A DNA stretch of 64,000 bases. Source: Tubulanus polymorphus. Taxonomy: Eukaryota; Animalia; Nemertea. This document shows positions 39,101-49,800 of this stretch, piece by piece. Below the pieces are notes generated by a model. The model was not told where the DNA came from. It made no database searches and saw only the letters and a program-made list of their open reading frames with translations. Position 1 is the first letter of the stretch. Each line of letters begins with the position of its first letter. The translations under genes and the position numbers were made by a program. The stretch lies in assembly GCF_964204645.1 (NCBI RefSeq), contig NC_134031.1:7130001-7194000 (forward strand), written 5' to 3'.

Positions 39101-42100
39101 TAACAGCACCCTTTTGCTCCATGTTCCATGTTTCGAGATATCGAATATGTAATTACCTTGTGCGCAACAGAATGTCATATGTATATATTCACAAAGAGAA
39201 AAAATGTACCACTCCCAAAATGCTGAGATAACATAACAGACATGTATATGTGATGCACGTATATTCATATATCAAAAGCGATAATCTTTTTCATAAAGCT
39301 GATAAAACAGTTCGATAGCGTTTACAATGAACTTCTGATGCTGCTCCTAAACATGTAGGCAAATAAAATCAGTTTCGCCGTTTTAGAAAAAAAATAATTA
39401 TCGAGAATACAGAGAGAATTCAGAAAAATGTAGTGGACTTTGTACGATGCTTACATGGGAATGTCCACTAGCCTAACAGTAACAAATTTAAATGCCTCTC
39501 AAGTCCGCATGTCTTTGAGAAGGTTACGGGCCTAGTGCCCTTTTTTAAAGAAATAGTGCCTTTTTAAATAACCCCTTATTCACCGGTCTATAGTTACCTC
39601 TGATTTCCATTGTTATCAGAACGCTTAGTACTCGTTAACGACATGATACAAATGAAGACGCAGTGAGCAAGAGATATCCAGTTTAACGCCTTGTCCAAAG
39701 GCTAACGGGCCTAGTGCCCTTAGAAAACAGAGTAACTCGTTAATGGAAGTGTCCCTCAGTATTTCTGGCTTGGATTCATGCCGATTCTGTTTTAAGATTC
39801 ACGATGAAAATTTTGTTTTACACAAATTGCCTCAGAAGACACACGATTTCAAAATCTCTTATTCGAAGAATAAAAACAACCAAACCAAAAAATCTAATCC
39901 TTGGATAGTAAGTTATTCTAGTTATTACTCAGACTAAGACTAAGCTGGCGTGAAATCAGTTTGAGTCAAAGTTTCTTCGTTTCGGTACTCATAAATATTA
40001 TGGCTATACACGTTCATTACTATCGTAGGACTTGAATTAGTCGGTACTGACAGTCTATACGACATTGAAATGTTATTAAAATTGGAAGTTTTGATTCGTC
40101 CCCTATCGAAACTATGACAATGCATGTGTTGTCGAATGGCCTGTCCTAAAGCCATATTGGCTATCATAAAACATCATCCTTTTTATGTATCTTCGCTATT
40201 ACACAATATGGAATTCTTCTGTAGATAACCATACAGACATTTGTGTACGATTTGTTTCAAGTACTTTAGATATACACGGTACGTAATAAAGATATGGGTC
40301 TGTAGTGTGTTCATTACTATCGCGGGACTTAGAAAATTATTCGCTACTGAGCTTATTCGGCAGCCTACGACTTCGAAATGTTTTCAAGCTCGGAAGTTTC
40401 GATTCGTTCCTATCGAAAGGGTGACAATGTAAAACATATCGTCAAATCGTTTGACAAAAGTTAATACGATCGCCTTTACTGAAGAACTTCCACGCGCGTT
40501 GACACAAAAATACATGCGAGCGATCTTACTAGCGTTGGTTACTTACGCAGTGACTGGTTCATTTCTTTAAAGATTAACAAGTGCGCTTACTTTCTTGTTT
40601 CTGAGGACTATTTATAAATTCAGTATTTATTATTTCTACGTTACGTATTGTCGTAACGACCTCGACGATATAGGTGGCGTCTACCAAACAGAACCGGATA
40701 CGAACTTCTTCGTAAATGAAGCAAACGGTAAAATCGTCGGTCACGTAGCCATCGTGAACGCTGGATCTTTGCACGAAAGGTTTTATAGGAGTAATATTAG
40801 AAACGTCACCAATGGAAAACTCGATTCTGTCGATAGCGATGTAAAAGTAGCGGAACTAAAGTGAATGGCGGTTGATGTATCGTTCAGAGGTTATCTATAG
40901 GTCGTAAGTTGCTCGACCACTGCGTCCTCTGTAAACAAAACAACTATAGCAAGATTCATTTGTCAACATCGGACCAAACAGTAGCGGCCCAAAGACAGTA
41001 CACAAAGTATGGATTCAAACTTGACTTGGCTTTATGGGAAAGATTATTGCCTTGGATGTATGTATACGTGCACCACATGTCCCTGTGTCTTATGTAAACC
41101 TCAGCGTTTTAGGAGTTGAACTTTTTTTCTCTTTGCGAATTAAAAAAAATGATTCCCTCGATTGTGATTTATCTCTCTTCTTGGTGAGTGCGCGAATAAA
41201 ATATCGTTTTCGATATCGTTCAGTTTGACGTTGATGATTGCAGGCTATCATTGTGGATGTTTAAATCTCTGGGAACGTCTGGCTACCCACCAACCCCCTT
41301 TCGCTTGGACATGTCTAGCTACCCACCAACCCTCTTACTTAAGGCTGTTCGTCGCCGTGTGATAACATCTTATGCCCTGTCTACGCATGCGTACTACCGG
41401 GTAACACAATACCAACAGACGGAACTGCTATGTATTCAGTCACGTGACCTAGCTTTGAAGGTATCGCGATAAAACTATCGAATATCCTCAACAGAAACCC
41501 GCAAAATTCCCCGCACTAAATTTATCTAATCCGGTTTTCCTCTTAGGAAGACCTAAAAGTGAAAAACCAATTTGGTTTTGAGTGATTTTCCGGTATTTAC
41601 GAGCAGTCAGTTAATAGCATTTAGAAATTCTAGGCAGACGAAACTGATGCAGTAAAGAGTGAAAATGGCAGCACTTCTGACAAGACCATGATTTGGAAAG
41701 AACTTCACAACTATTTGATTAATACCTTGCGTGTCTTGTATAAGATAATTGGGTGAAATAGAAACAACGCAATTGATAAACTGTAAAAGTAACCCTGGTA
41801 GTAATTAACTGATAACTTAAAATCTTGACTTAGCAATAACAGCCATCTTATGAATCTAAATTGTGGCAAACACATTAAGAAAAATAATGGGATTGGCTTT
41901 TTGAAGAAAATCAAATTAGACACTTTAAAAAGACTATGATGAAACCTTCTCTAGTTTTGTTATGATATTGATATTGATATCATGTATTGAGTCAAAGTTT
42001 TACATAACTTGTATGACTTTTGTGTGTTATGTCTCGTATGTTTGTTTGTAAATAGAAATACACGGCGTTCGGGATTAAACACCAGTATTGTTGCATGATG

Positions 42101-45100
42101 ATAATTAGTGGTAACGTAGTAAGAGTGACCATCGGTTCGGATAATAGACCACCGTCCTTGCTCAAGGGCAGCTGGTTGGATTACTTAGTTACATCATCCC
42201 GACCGAACTAATGACTGATTTATTCAACAACACGCACCTCCCTAATGCGTTAAATAGTGTAATTTAGAGTGGCCCGCGTAGCGACAGTCGCGTGTCGTAC
42301 CCTATGGCGCTGGACGTAGCTGAGTCCCGACAAGAGAGATGCCGAAAGGAGAAACCACGCGAAAGTGAAAATATCGGTCTGTACACGGGGGATCAGTTTT
42401 CGTAGTTATAATTAGAATAGGCTATAATCATTTTAGAATCGTTCTCTAAATGAAATGTTTGAATTGGAAATTCGAGCTCCGCGCCGAGTAAATTATGATA
42501 ACTCTTTGATCATCCAATGTTCCGAGAGGATAAATATAAAACATCGTTCGTTTTCGCGTGCGTTCGGTGCACATCGTAATCACGATGAATCAAACGCGAT
42601 GTCAGCTTTGAGAGGAACACCGAGGCCTTCGTACGATTAAAAAAGCACGCTTTAGGAATCAGCGAGACATTCCTTTTCTAAATCTTTAGATTCGATCGTC
42701 AAACTATGAAAAATCCTCGCGGTTGATTTCCGATGACTTTGCGGGTCTGCGCTACTCTCAGGAACAATATTAACAGTTCATAGATAAATCGACATTTTAT
42801 CCCATTTGATACAGCAGTATATGTAGTGAATATATTTTCTGAAAATATTGGTCGTGAAATTACACAAGGGAAGCCGTTTGTTTCGTATTACTTTCACTGT
42901 TAGCTCACAGTGCTTAAATCCATATTTGTTCAAAAATTACCATGTTGGCTCAATGCAAATAGATAGTTGTCTGAAATATGAGGATTTCGATGTTTTAAAT
43001 CTAATTACACTCTCACACTGTCGTCTGCCCAGAATTCAATACGTTTATTAGATTACGTCATTTATACGCGATAGTTCTGCGCTGATCGTGATCTAGCATC
43101 GATATCCTGCATCCACACTTACCAGGGCAGACGATGTTTACTGTACGGTTATAATCAACCAAAACATTATCCCGGGGATAATACACTCCACGGGGACTAT
43201 CGGGGCCGTCTTGGTCTTTTACTAAGCAGAACTAAGCTTTCGCTGTAGCGGAAATATTCAGTTTAAAACTCGAATTCGAAGGACAGAAACAAAAAATAGA
43301 TACGAGCAGAAAGTCCTGAGTAGATTGATTCCACGACTTTTCAAAAGACCTCACTGTGAGACTAAGGAGTTTTATCGACAAGCTGTATATGATAATGATG
43401 ATATTACTAATAAGAGTTATCATAGCTATAAGGAGCTTTTCGCCCTCAACGCTCAACCTCACATTAGGCAATTCTAAAACGACGTGTCTCTAATTGCGCA
43501 CGAAACTTGTCAATAGTCAATGACGTTGAATATAACATTTGCAAATTTTAGGGGACTTGTTCGAATAGTGGTCGTAGTTTTTGCCATTACAGTTTTCGCC
43601 CACAACCGACTACCAGATACCTTACCATCCCCTCGATTATAGAGAATCTATGCTGACGATTATGGCGGGTAAGAGTAATGTAGTTCATACGTTTCGTAGA
43701 ACGTTTTAGAACAGACTCTCTGGAGGGGTGGATAGCGTGCATGTAAGTCGTCAAATAATTCCTGAACATATGGTGTGACAACTCGGAAACAATCGGCCGT
43801 GTTCGGGAACAATCGTCACCTCATTCTTTATCAAGCGTGACCTGTCGCGCAAAACACGATATCTATATCGACTTTCATTAATTGATCTGAATTTCCGCCG
43901 AACAATTTCAACATAGTCACTTGTCTTTTTTACTTTTTATCGTATGCGGCCAACACGTCGGAACATCTACATAGACCGAGAAAGAAAAGAATAACGGAAG
44001 TACATACAAATCAGCGCCGCAGATGAAAAAATATTCAAATTCCAAAATTTAGCACAGAGATATTTCCAACCCGATCTACCAACGCAAATCAGATTATTTT
44101 GTCTTATTTCACATTATTCTAAACGGATTGTAGTCCTTAATTGAATTGTTTTGCTGCAAGCATGAATCTTTATAAACGTTCGGGTCTAAAAATGATGAAA
44201 TATACTTCGCAAACGCCGTATGGCACAATCTGCTACCACCGAATAGGTTCGTAAAATCCCTCGGCTGCCAGGGTTAGTGATAGAACAAATGCGCGGAAAG
44301 ACTTAATGGTAATGAACACCGAGGATTAGTTCACGATAGAGTATGGACACAAATTAATAAAAAGAGTCCGTCGGGAGTCAGTTGATAGATCTAAGAACTC
44401 AGTCGGATAAATCTCATTAATCCGTTTATTGTGCATAATTAAAGGGACGGTAGTTAAATACGTTGCTTACTCTGTTTCAACTGGCCCAAGTCGGTTTTAT
44501 TTATCAATTAACCGAAACTATTAAAATGCACTCCGAATAAGAAAACGCGCTAAATAAGGAATACGTGAAGTAGTGTCGAGGTCCAAAATACAATATAAGC
44601 CATAAGTCGGGACTAGCGAACGAACCCCCTAATATTTTAAAGCCCTTCAAAAAGCCAGTTTTAAAAAATTTGGGTCAAGATTTTTTGAAATTTGAAATTT
44701 TTTGAAATTTCTTTACAATTTTCATGTTTTCTTTGTGGAAAATAATCCATTCTCATATGATTCATTCAGGTGCCCGGGCACTTCATATTTAAGACACCTG
44801 CCATTTTTGATAGGAAAGTGTCCTGTTACGGTGAAAAGCGACCTTTTTCTTGAAAAAGCGCCCTTTGTGTTAAATTTTAGGAAACTAATTTGTTTTTAAT
44901 TTATCCTTGTAAAATACCTCACGAAGTGCGACATAGATCGTAATATTCGAAACAGCGCCCAAATCAACGCGTGATTATTTTCTTATTCAGAAAACCCATT
45001 ATCAAATGAAATGATGGTAATAGAATACATACGATTTGTTAAACAAATCCTTCGAGTTATTTTCGAAACGAAACGAATCTATATTTCATTTAGTTATCGT

Positions 45101-46536
45101 GGGTTTTGTACATGTTTTGATTAAACGATTGTTTCTGAATGTAATTTTCTAGTTTGTGCAATACATCATAATCATCTTCATTGAACTGAGTATGACACTT
45201 TGTAATCGTGATATTACAGCGATTGAGTATTTTCTTCGTTTGGCGTCAATCATATCCATTTCAACTTGAATCATTTATCTATTCATCTCAGACCATGGCG
45301 GTCGGTATAATTGATTATACAAACAAAATGAATTTTGTATGAATTATCGAATATTTTACAAAAATAGAAAGTCAGTAGTATTATACAACATCAGTAAAAA
45401 CTGCATCGAATTCAAAGTACTATGGACAGCAATGTAACTATATAGCGGAGAGTCAAATGACTTTAAGGAATTGAGGCGTCCGTTGCAGCTTAATACAGAC
45501 AACCTCGCGCCATAAGAGAATATTATTCTGAATTTAGAATCCGATTTAATCCATTTCAATAATAATATATACAAAATCACAAATCACAGGTCAGTTGGAA
45601 TAATCAAGTTATACCGATCACCCCGATAATCGTGCAGCTTAAATCGGAACCGAAACAATAATTACGAAATCTAGAAAATAAGCGGGACAAGTACTGAACT
45701 ATAATTAGTAGACTAACTTATCGAAGAAACGTCGGATGAGATAAGGAGAATTAGTAATTATACATTCAGTATTGTCAACAATATGTATACATACGATTTT
45801 CAAAAAGAAAACTATGAAAGGACATACTCAAGAAATAAAACACAGAAAAATGTCTTATCGTTAACATTGATTGTTTTGTTGTATGAATATAAATCTGAAT
45901 AATAATGAATATAAGTAATTTTGTTTCAGTAATCAGAAAGATGCTTCAGCACAAGGTAGCGTGCGGTCTATTATTAGGCGTCGCGGACTCAATGGCCTAA
46001 AAATTGGCTACGATCGCTTTAACACGAATAAAAAACGCGTCGGGAATAATTCGTTCTAATAAATCCCTGGCCATTTCTACCGAAGAAATGATGATCAAAT
46101 TTCATGCGTTCATAATCGAGTCAATGCGGCCTCTGGTCAAATTATGATGAGGTTTTTACTGATATAACCGCAGTCAGTGTGTTTGCGATAGTAATTAATT
46201 GAATACGGCAGCGGATAATGATTAGTATGTGTGTGCATTCATTCTAATATCCATCATCAGCGATCTGTTGATGATGATAATTTGTTTTTTACTCATCGAT
46301 TTTCACCCAACGCACGGATAAGATAAGTTCGACGCGCGCATGATATTAAATTAACACCGATTTATCTATAACTGATGATAAGCGAGCGAGAGAGAGAGAG
46401 AAAGCTGTATCTTACCTTCTAAGATTTTATTCCTAGATATCATTTCGCTGAGCACGGCGGAATTCGGCCCGCCCGGAAAACTCTGGCCAAACGAGACACC
46501 GTGCAGTTCGAGTCCCGACATTGTCCTGTGATGCAT
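13141..46536 (-). CDS. Lhx3: LIM/homeobox protein Lhx3/4 (Lim3), distal-promoter isoform, about 389 aa
   Basis: Exons 46416-46536, 16474-16648 (LIM1 IPKCAGC...CKEDFF), 15622-15824 (LIM2 [24 protein letters not shown]...), 14869-15026 ([13 protein letters not shown]...GLDMRVVQ), 14509-14680 ([22 protein letters not shown]) and 13141-13481 (stop TAA). All GT-AG and phase-consistent; the motifs are diagnostic of Lhx3/4. Confidence 0.93.
13898..14457. mobile_element. Long-TIR foldback MITE (TA/TWA-flanked) in the last Lhx3/4 intron
   Basis: AGGCTGGCTTATGTCGACAAGCGACGCGACGCCTAC ... GTAGGCGTCGCGTTGCTTGTCGACATACGCCAGCCT (36-bp TIR, 2 mismatches), flanked by TA; several internal GCTTATGTCG subrepeats. 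Confidence 0.85.
14509..14680 (-). CDS. Lhx3: Lhx3/4 exon: homeodomain helix 3 and Lhx3-specific extension
   Basis: [28 protein letters not shown]...; donor GTAAGT at 14508. Confidence 0.95.
14869..15026 (-). CDS. Lhx3: Lhx3/4 exon: homeodomain helices 1-2
   Basis: [53 protein letters not shown]. Confidence 0.96.
15622..15824 (-). CDS. Lhx3: Lhx3/4 exon: LIM domain 2
   Basis: [67 protein letters not shown]. Confidence 0.96.
15891..16046. mobile_element. Short palindromic MITE (GGGGCCAGT..TTCAA ends)
   Basis: cctggggccagtagttcaa ... ttgaaactggcccctgg, with internal inverted ccggcggata/tatccaccgg. Confidence 0.65.
16474..16648 (-). CDS. Lhx3: Lhx3/4 exon: LIM domain 1
   Basis: [57 protein letters not shown]; phase-1 acceptor ttttcag|. 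Confidence 0.96.
17363..17686. mobile_element. CAGGGGCGGA MITE
   Basis: CAGGGGCGGACCCAG ... CTAGATCCGTCCCTG. Its interior (agtttcacagttgct.taacgt, aaaagtcact.a.ataagtc) is shared with 56936-57134. Confidence 0.7.
20371..20530 (-). CDS. Lhx3: Lhx3/4 proximal alternative first coding exon (isoform about 402 aa)
   Basis: ATG at 20530, 53 codons [14 protein letters not shown]...FICADV, then G|GTATGT phase-1 donor matching the LIM1 acceptor. TATATAAA at 20864-20857 and CCAAT at 20931-20927 lie upstream on the same strand. Confidence 0.7.
20820..20935 (-). promoter_or_regulatory. Proximal Lhx3/4 core promoter (TATA + CCAAT)
   Basis: Minus-strand TATATAAA at 20864-20857, with AGCCAATG about 65 nt further upstream, roughly 330 nt before the ATG at 20530. 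Confidence 0.5.
27673..27740 (+). mobile_element. Degenerate tRNA-derived SINE head
   Basis: A-box-like TGGTCAATTGGTAGAG and B-box-like GAGATCGAAATCTC at tRNA-like spacing; no intact cloverleaf. Confidence 0.3.
29283..29395. mobile_element. Short palindromic MITE
   Basis: ccaggatccagttccacagttctgagtt ... gactcacaacggtggaaccggatctagg; a decayed relative lies at about 31430-31540. Confidence 0.65.
32416..32437 (-). CDS. Lhx3: Possible third (middle) alternative first coding exon of Lhx3/4 (MRYSLIV)
   Basis: ATG at 32437, 7 codons, then G|GTAAGT perfect phase-1 donor; minus-strand TATAAAA at 33169-33163. Short enough to arise by chance. Confidence 0.3.
34023..34101. repeat. Minisatellite, about 19-21 bp unit, 3-4 copies
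   Basis: actcgcaatcttacaacca / actcgcaatattgtacaacca / actcgcaatcttacaacca plus one decayed unit in front. Confidence 0.8.
34194..34335. mobile_element. Short palindromic MITE
   Basis: ggaccagtcgcacagt ... actgtgcaaccggcccctgg; same terminal style as 15891 and 29283. Confidence 0.5.
36019..36159. repeat. (TTA)n/(TCATTA)n microsatellite
   Basis: Direct reading of the sequence. Confidence 0.95.
36180..36343 (+). mobile_element. LINE/SINE 3' tail remnant
   Basis: Stem-like ggggcatc...ggtgtccc, then AATAAA and a (TCATA)3 short-repeat tail, following the microsatellite. Confidence 0.35.
37824..39017 (-). pseudogene. Intronless rhodopsin-class GPCR (FMRFamide-receptor-like/srw-type expansion) interrupted by one in-frame TGA; nested in the Lhx3/4 intron
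   Basis: TM1 [13 protein letters not shown]2 [11 protein letters not shown]3 [15 protein letters not shown]5 [10 protein letters not shown]6 [21 protein letters not shown] at 38081-38079 is followed in the same frame by TM7/H8 [21 protein letters not shown] and a TAA ending at 37824. Confidence 0.8.
39985..40250 (+). pseudogene. Truncated tandem duplicate of the NAT8-like 5' region
   Basis: gttcattactatcgtaggactt...gaaATGttattaaaattggaagttttgattcgtcccctatcgaaactatgacaatg (ATG 40070) parallels gttcattactatcgcgggactt...gaaATGttttcaagctcggaagtttcgattcgttcctatcgaaagggtgacaatg (ATG 40378). Confidence 0.6.
40378..41097 (+). pseudogene. NAT8/camello-like GNAT N-acetyltransferase pseudogene, antisense in the Lhx3/4 intron
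   Basis: [16 protein letters not shown], a hydrophobic segment, [79 protein letters not shown]. Stops TAA 40568-40570 and TGA 40862-40864; frameshifts at about 40450 and 40890. Confidence 0.85.
46416..46536 (-). CDS. Lhx3: Lhx3/4 distal alternative first coding exon
   Basis: [40 protein letters not shown], then G|GTAAGA phase-1 donor, giving ...ILE-A-AIPKC. TATAAA at 46816-46811. Confidence 0.75.
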
Positions 46537-46769
46537 CTAAATAAACCTTATTTCACTGATTTCAGTCACTCGTATTTAGTAAAAGTTTGACTGTGATCGG
46601 GAATATTGTGAAAGCGGTGATTCCTCATTCCAAGAGCATATACCAAGCCGCATTTCACGTTTTACTGGTCGTTTGCATGGGCGACGTCAATCAATAACCA
46701 CGTGATTGATTATGAAGCCTTAACCACGCCTATTGCAGCATCCAGTACTGGTGACACTTCAAGTGATAC

Positions 46770-46860
46770 GGATGGGGAGTTGACTTGGCAATGTAACCTC
46801 TTGTGTGCGGTTTATACTGTCGCTACTCGGTAACTGAATCTGGCTAGCTCTCCAATGCAG
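46770..46860 (-). promoter_or_regulatory. Distal Lhx3/4 core promoter
   Basis: Minus-strand GTATAAA at about 46817-46811, roughly 280 nt upstream of the ATG at 46536; CCAAT at about 46852. Confidence 0.4.
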
Positions 46861-49800
46861 TCGCCGACCGACTCAAACTGGCCATAGGGGAGTTTCAACC
46901 TCTTGCGGCTTGATTACGGTCGTTCCCTTGCAGGCGCCTTCGTTCACATAGAAAATTACGATATTCAGTAATGATAGAAATGATACGAGTAACGTTAACT
47001 TGAGCCACAAGCTGAAGAAAATTCACTGTAAAGGTCTTGTGTCCGATGTACTCATTTCGTCGTATTTTGTAGCAATTATAATAAGCAATTATAATTTCTT
47101 AGTCTACATTCGTAGATATGTTTATGTAATTTGGCTCCCGGAAGGCGAGGACCCTAACTAGTAAAATTGACACTGGAACTCGCCGATAATCAGAAGCCAG
47201 CTGCGGAAGGCGAGGTTGATACTCCCTATTATTTCTAATATTTACTCTGAGTAAACAGTTTCACGCATCGAATAATCTGACTGATCCGTTCGGTAAATAG
47301 TTTTACCGGGGTATTTCATTGTCTGTCTGCCCGCGTCTAACAACTGCCGGATAATTTACACCGAAATTTCTCTTCCGCTGAAAACTGACGACCGAACCCG
47401 CGGGAATTGTCCGATATTTACCGGATCGATCAGAATTTATTGGGTTTCTTTCTCGGCGATAATTTCAAAACACGCTTGATTTGCTTCCTGATCCGGGTAT
47501 ATTTTCGATGACCCGGCTGTCGACGAGTGGCGGTCGCCCGACGACGCGAGAAACAATTCGATCGACAGAACCTCTTGAAATTCGCGAACTACAAGTTAAG
47601 AAAAGGAGCCCTTCAGGAATAAGTCATCCATTTTTTTCATGCAAATATAACTGATTTATTCATATAAGACACTAGCCGATACACATGTAATCTATCTATC
47701 TTGAAAAGGTATACTTTTATCTCTTAAATAAAGGATACCCTACAGAAATGTCTGAAGCTGCATTTCTTAAGCTTATCTGCATCTTCGACTAATATGATAT
47801 TATGTTTGTCTCCGGAATAACGTAAATATGACGTAAACCGTAATAGGCCTCGATTTGACCAGTCACCCCGAGAGCAGACGAGAACGGGGCGATATATATC
47901 ACGTGATACCTAATCCATCATCATTCGCTTCAGACTCATCAACAACACGAACGACTATCAATATAATCTGGCGGTCTCTGACGACTCATCAAACCGTAAA
48001 ATAATGTAATAATCCAAGATCCACGCATTCTTTCAGACAAATTTAATTTAGCGTCGACCATCGCGCTGTGTACAGAAATAAACCGACTCTAATCAAACTT
48101 ATTTATGATTAATTAGAGAGAGTATAGCCACGGGACTCATGTAGGACTCAGCGCCCCGGTCCTGTGTATTTGTATAAACGAATTTGCTACGTTATGAGGG
48201 TAAACGATGGTGAAAGTCGGGGTTTAGATTCGTTTTCAGTTGATGACGTTTCGTTGGTCGGAGCGTGCGACAATGTTCGTCTTCTTTTACTAGATATTAA
48301 GGTAAGGATTAGGAAAGAAAGTAATTACTTAGGATTTCGCCCTGAAAGCCGATTGCTATATCTATTGAGTTAATTTGCGACTGGCAGTATACACGGCGGG
48401 TATGTTAATGAATTTGCGGGTACAAATAGTGAGGGATTATTTTGTCAGGATTCGCAGACTGCCATCTCGGGAGCCGGGAAAGAGAGCCGGGCGAAGAAGG
48501 TTCGGGTCCAAGCGGTCACGAAACAAATTACGGAATATGGAATTAGGAATTATCCGTTTTCAAAGGTTGCCAATGAAAATAGACGTGAAACGAAGACATT
48601 TGGAATTAGCCCGCGTTGTTCGCGCGAAGACCACGAGAAAAGAAGAAATCAATTTGGATTTTTGTAAACTTTATTTCATGTATCGTCACGGCGATATTGT
48701 TTTATTCATATAGTTATCTATGTCAGCAATACGGCACTGGACGGATGGAGATACGAAAATTCGAAATATGTTTGATAGGAAACATCACGACCGATGGTTG
48801 AATATATTTCCGTCGAAACAGCAAAATAAGTAACCATTTTAGTCTAAATGGACTCGAGAATGTGTTTATGTTGGCGAGGATGTTTTGATAATACCGGGAG
48901 TTAAAATCTGTTAGTAGCGGTAAGGGTATCGCCATGATTAATTCCTATTTATTCATTTGTATTTAGAAAAATTATATTGCAGATATTCTATTCATGAATT
49001 CGATCTAGACGAATGTCTTCATATATAGAAAAATTTCTCATCTCTAAAATTTACGAGGAAAGAATTGAAAGAATGATCATCGACGTTGCCAGAACCCCCA
49101 GGTTTTGTGAGATATAGAAATGAATTCAAATTGCCAAAAAAATAGCTTATCGTGTAATCGATTTAAATTGACCGATTGGCATGCTATTCATCGGCCTATA
49201 AACCTACGGAAATTTGAGTAGTAATGTCGCTATACGCCACCAAACTTTGGTGGTTGATTTGATCTTATAAGAAGAAAAAAGAATGGATATCAATTAATTT
49301 AGTAAAATTCGAATTAGAAATAGAATGGAAACGTTTTTTAACGTCGAAAAAGGTTCGCTCTAGAAACGGAGCAATTCGGTTTAGACATTCCGTTCTGATG
49401 ATGAATGTTTTTATATCGCGTTTCTCCTTTTTTTTATTGTCGAACAATAATAATTTTGAATACATTTCTCAGTTTCAATTGGCGAACATTGTTGAACGGG
49501 GGAGATTTCCCGGTCGGCTATTGTAGAACAGCTCTCCCCTGGCGACGTGGCTAAGTTAAACCATCGTTCTCAGTGGTAGCTTGATTAATCCGGAGTACAC
49601 TCGACTAAATTGATTATGATGATTTGTGTTTTAGTCCTGGCTGACACAGGAGTACGCTTGAACACTTACAGTTGATTTCCCCTGGCGACGATACATATTT
49701 GATTAAAGTGGTTCACGGCAAAGAAAAAGCTCGGGCCTGGTGGCTAGGTAAAATCTCCCCGAAGACTGCGTCAGCCACGCAACGCGCTCTCCACGTCACA

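Noticed and set aside
38079-40864. In-frame TGA in both nested genes, suggesting selenocysteine or a variant genetic code
   Set aside because: The NAT8-like TGA replaces a conserved Arg, and that gene also has a TAA and two frameshifts. No SECIS was recognised, and the intact genes use the standard code.
41630-42060. CpG-poor AT-rich segment resembling a decayed LINE 3' end (similar patches at 5330-6000, 19300-19560 and 51220-51360)
   Set aside because: No motif was clear enough to assign a family without a repeat-library search.
45944-45965. TTCAGCAC half of an RE1/REST site
   Set aside because: The second half-site (GGACAG) is absent.
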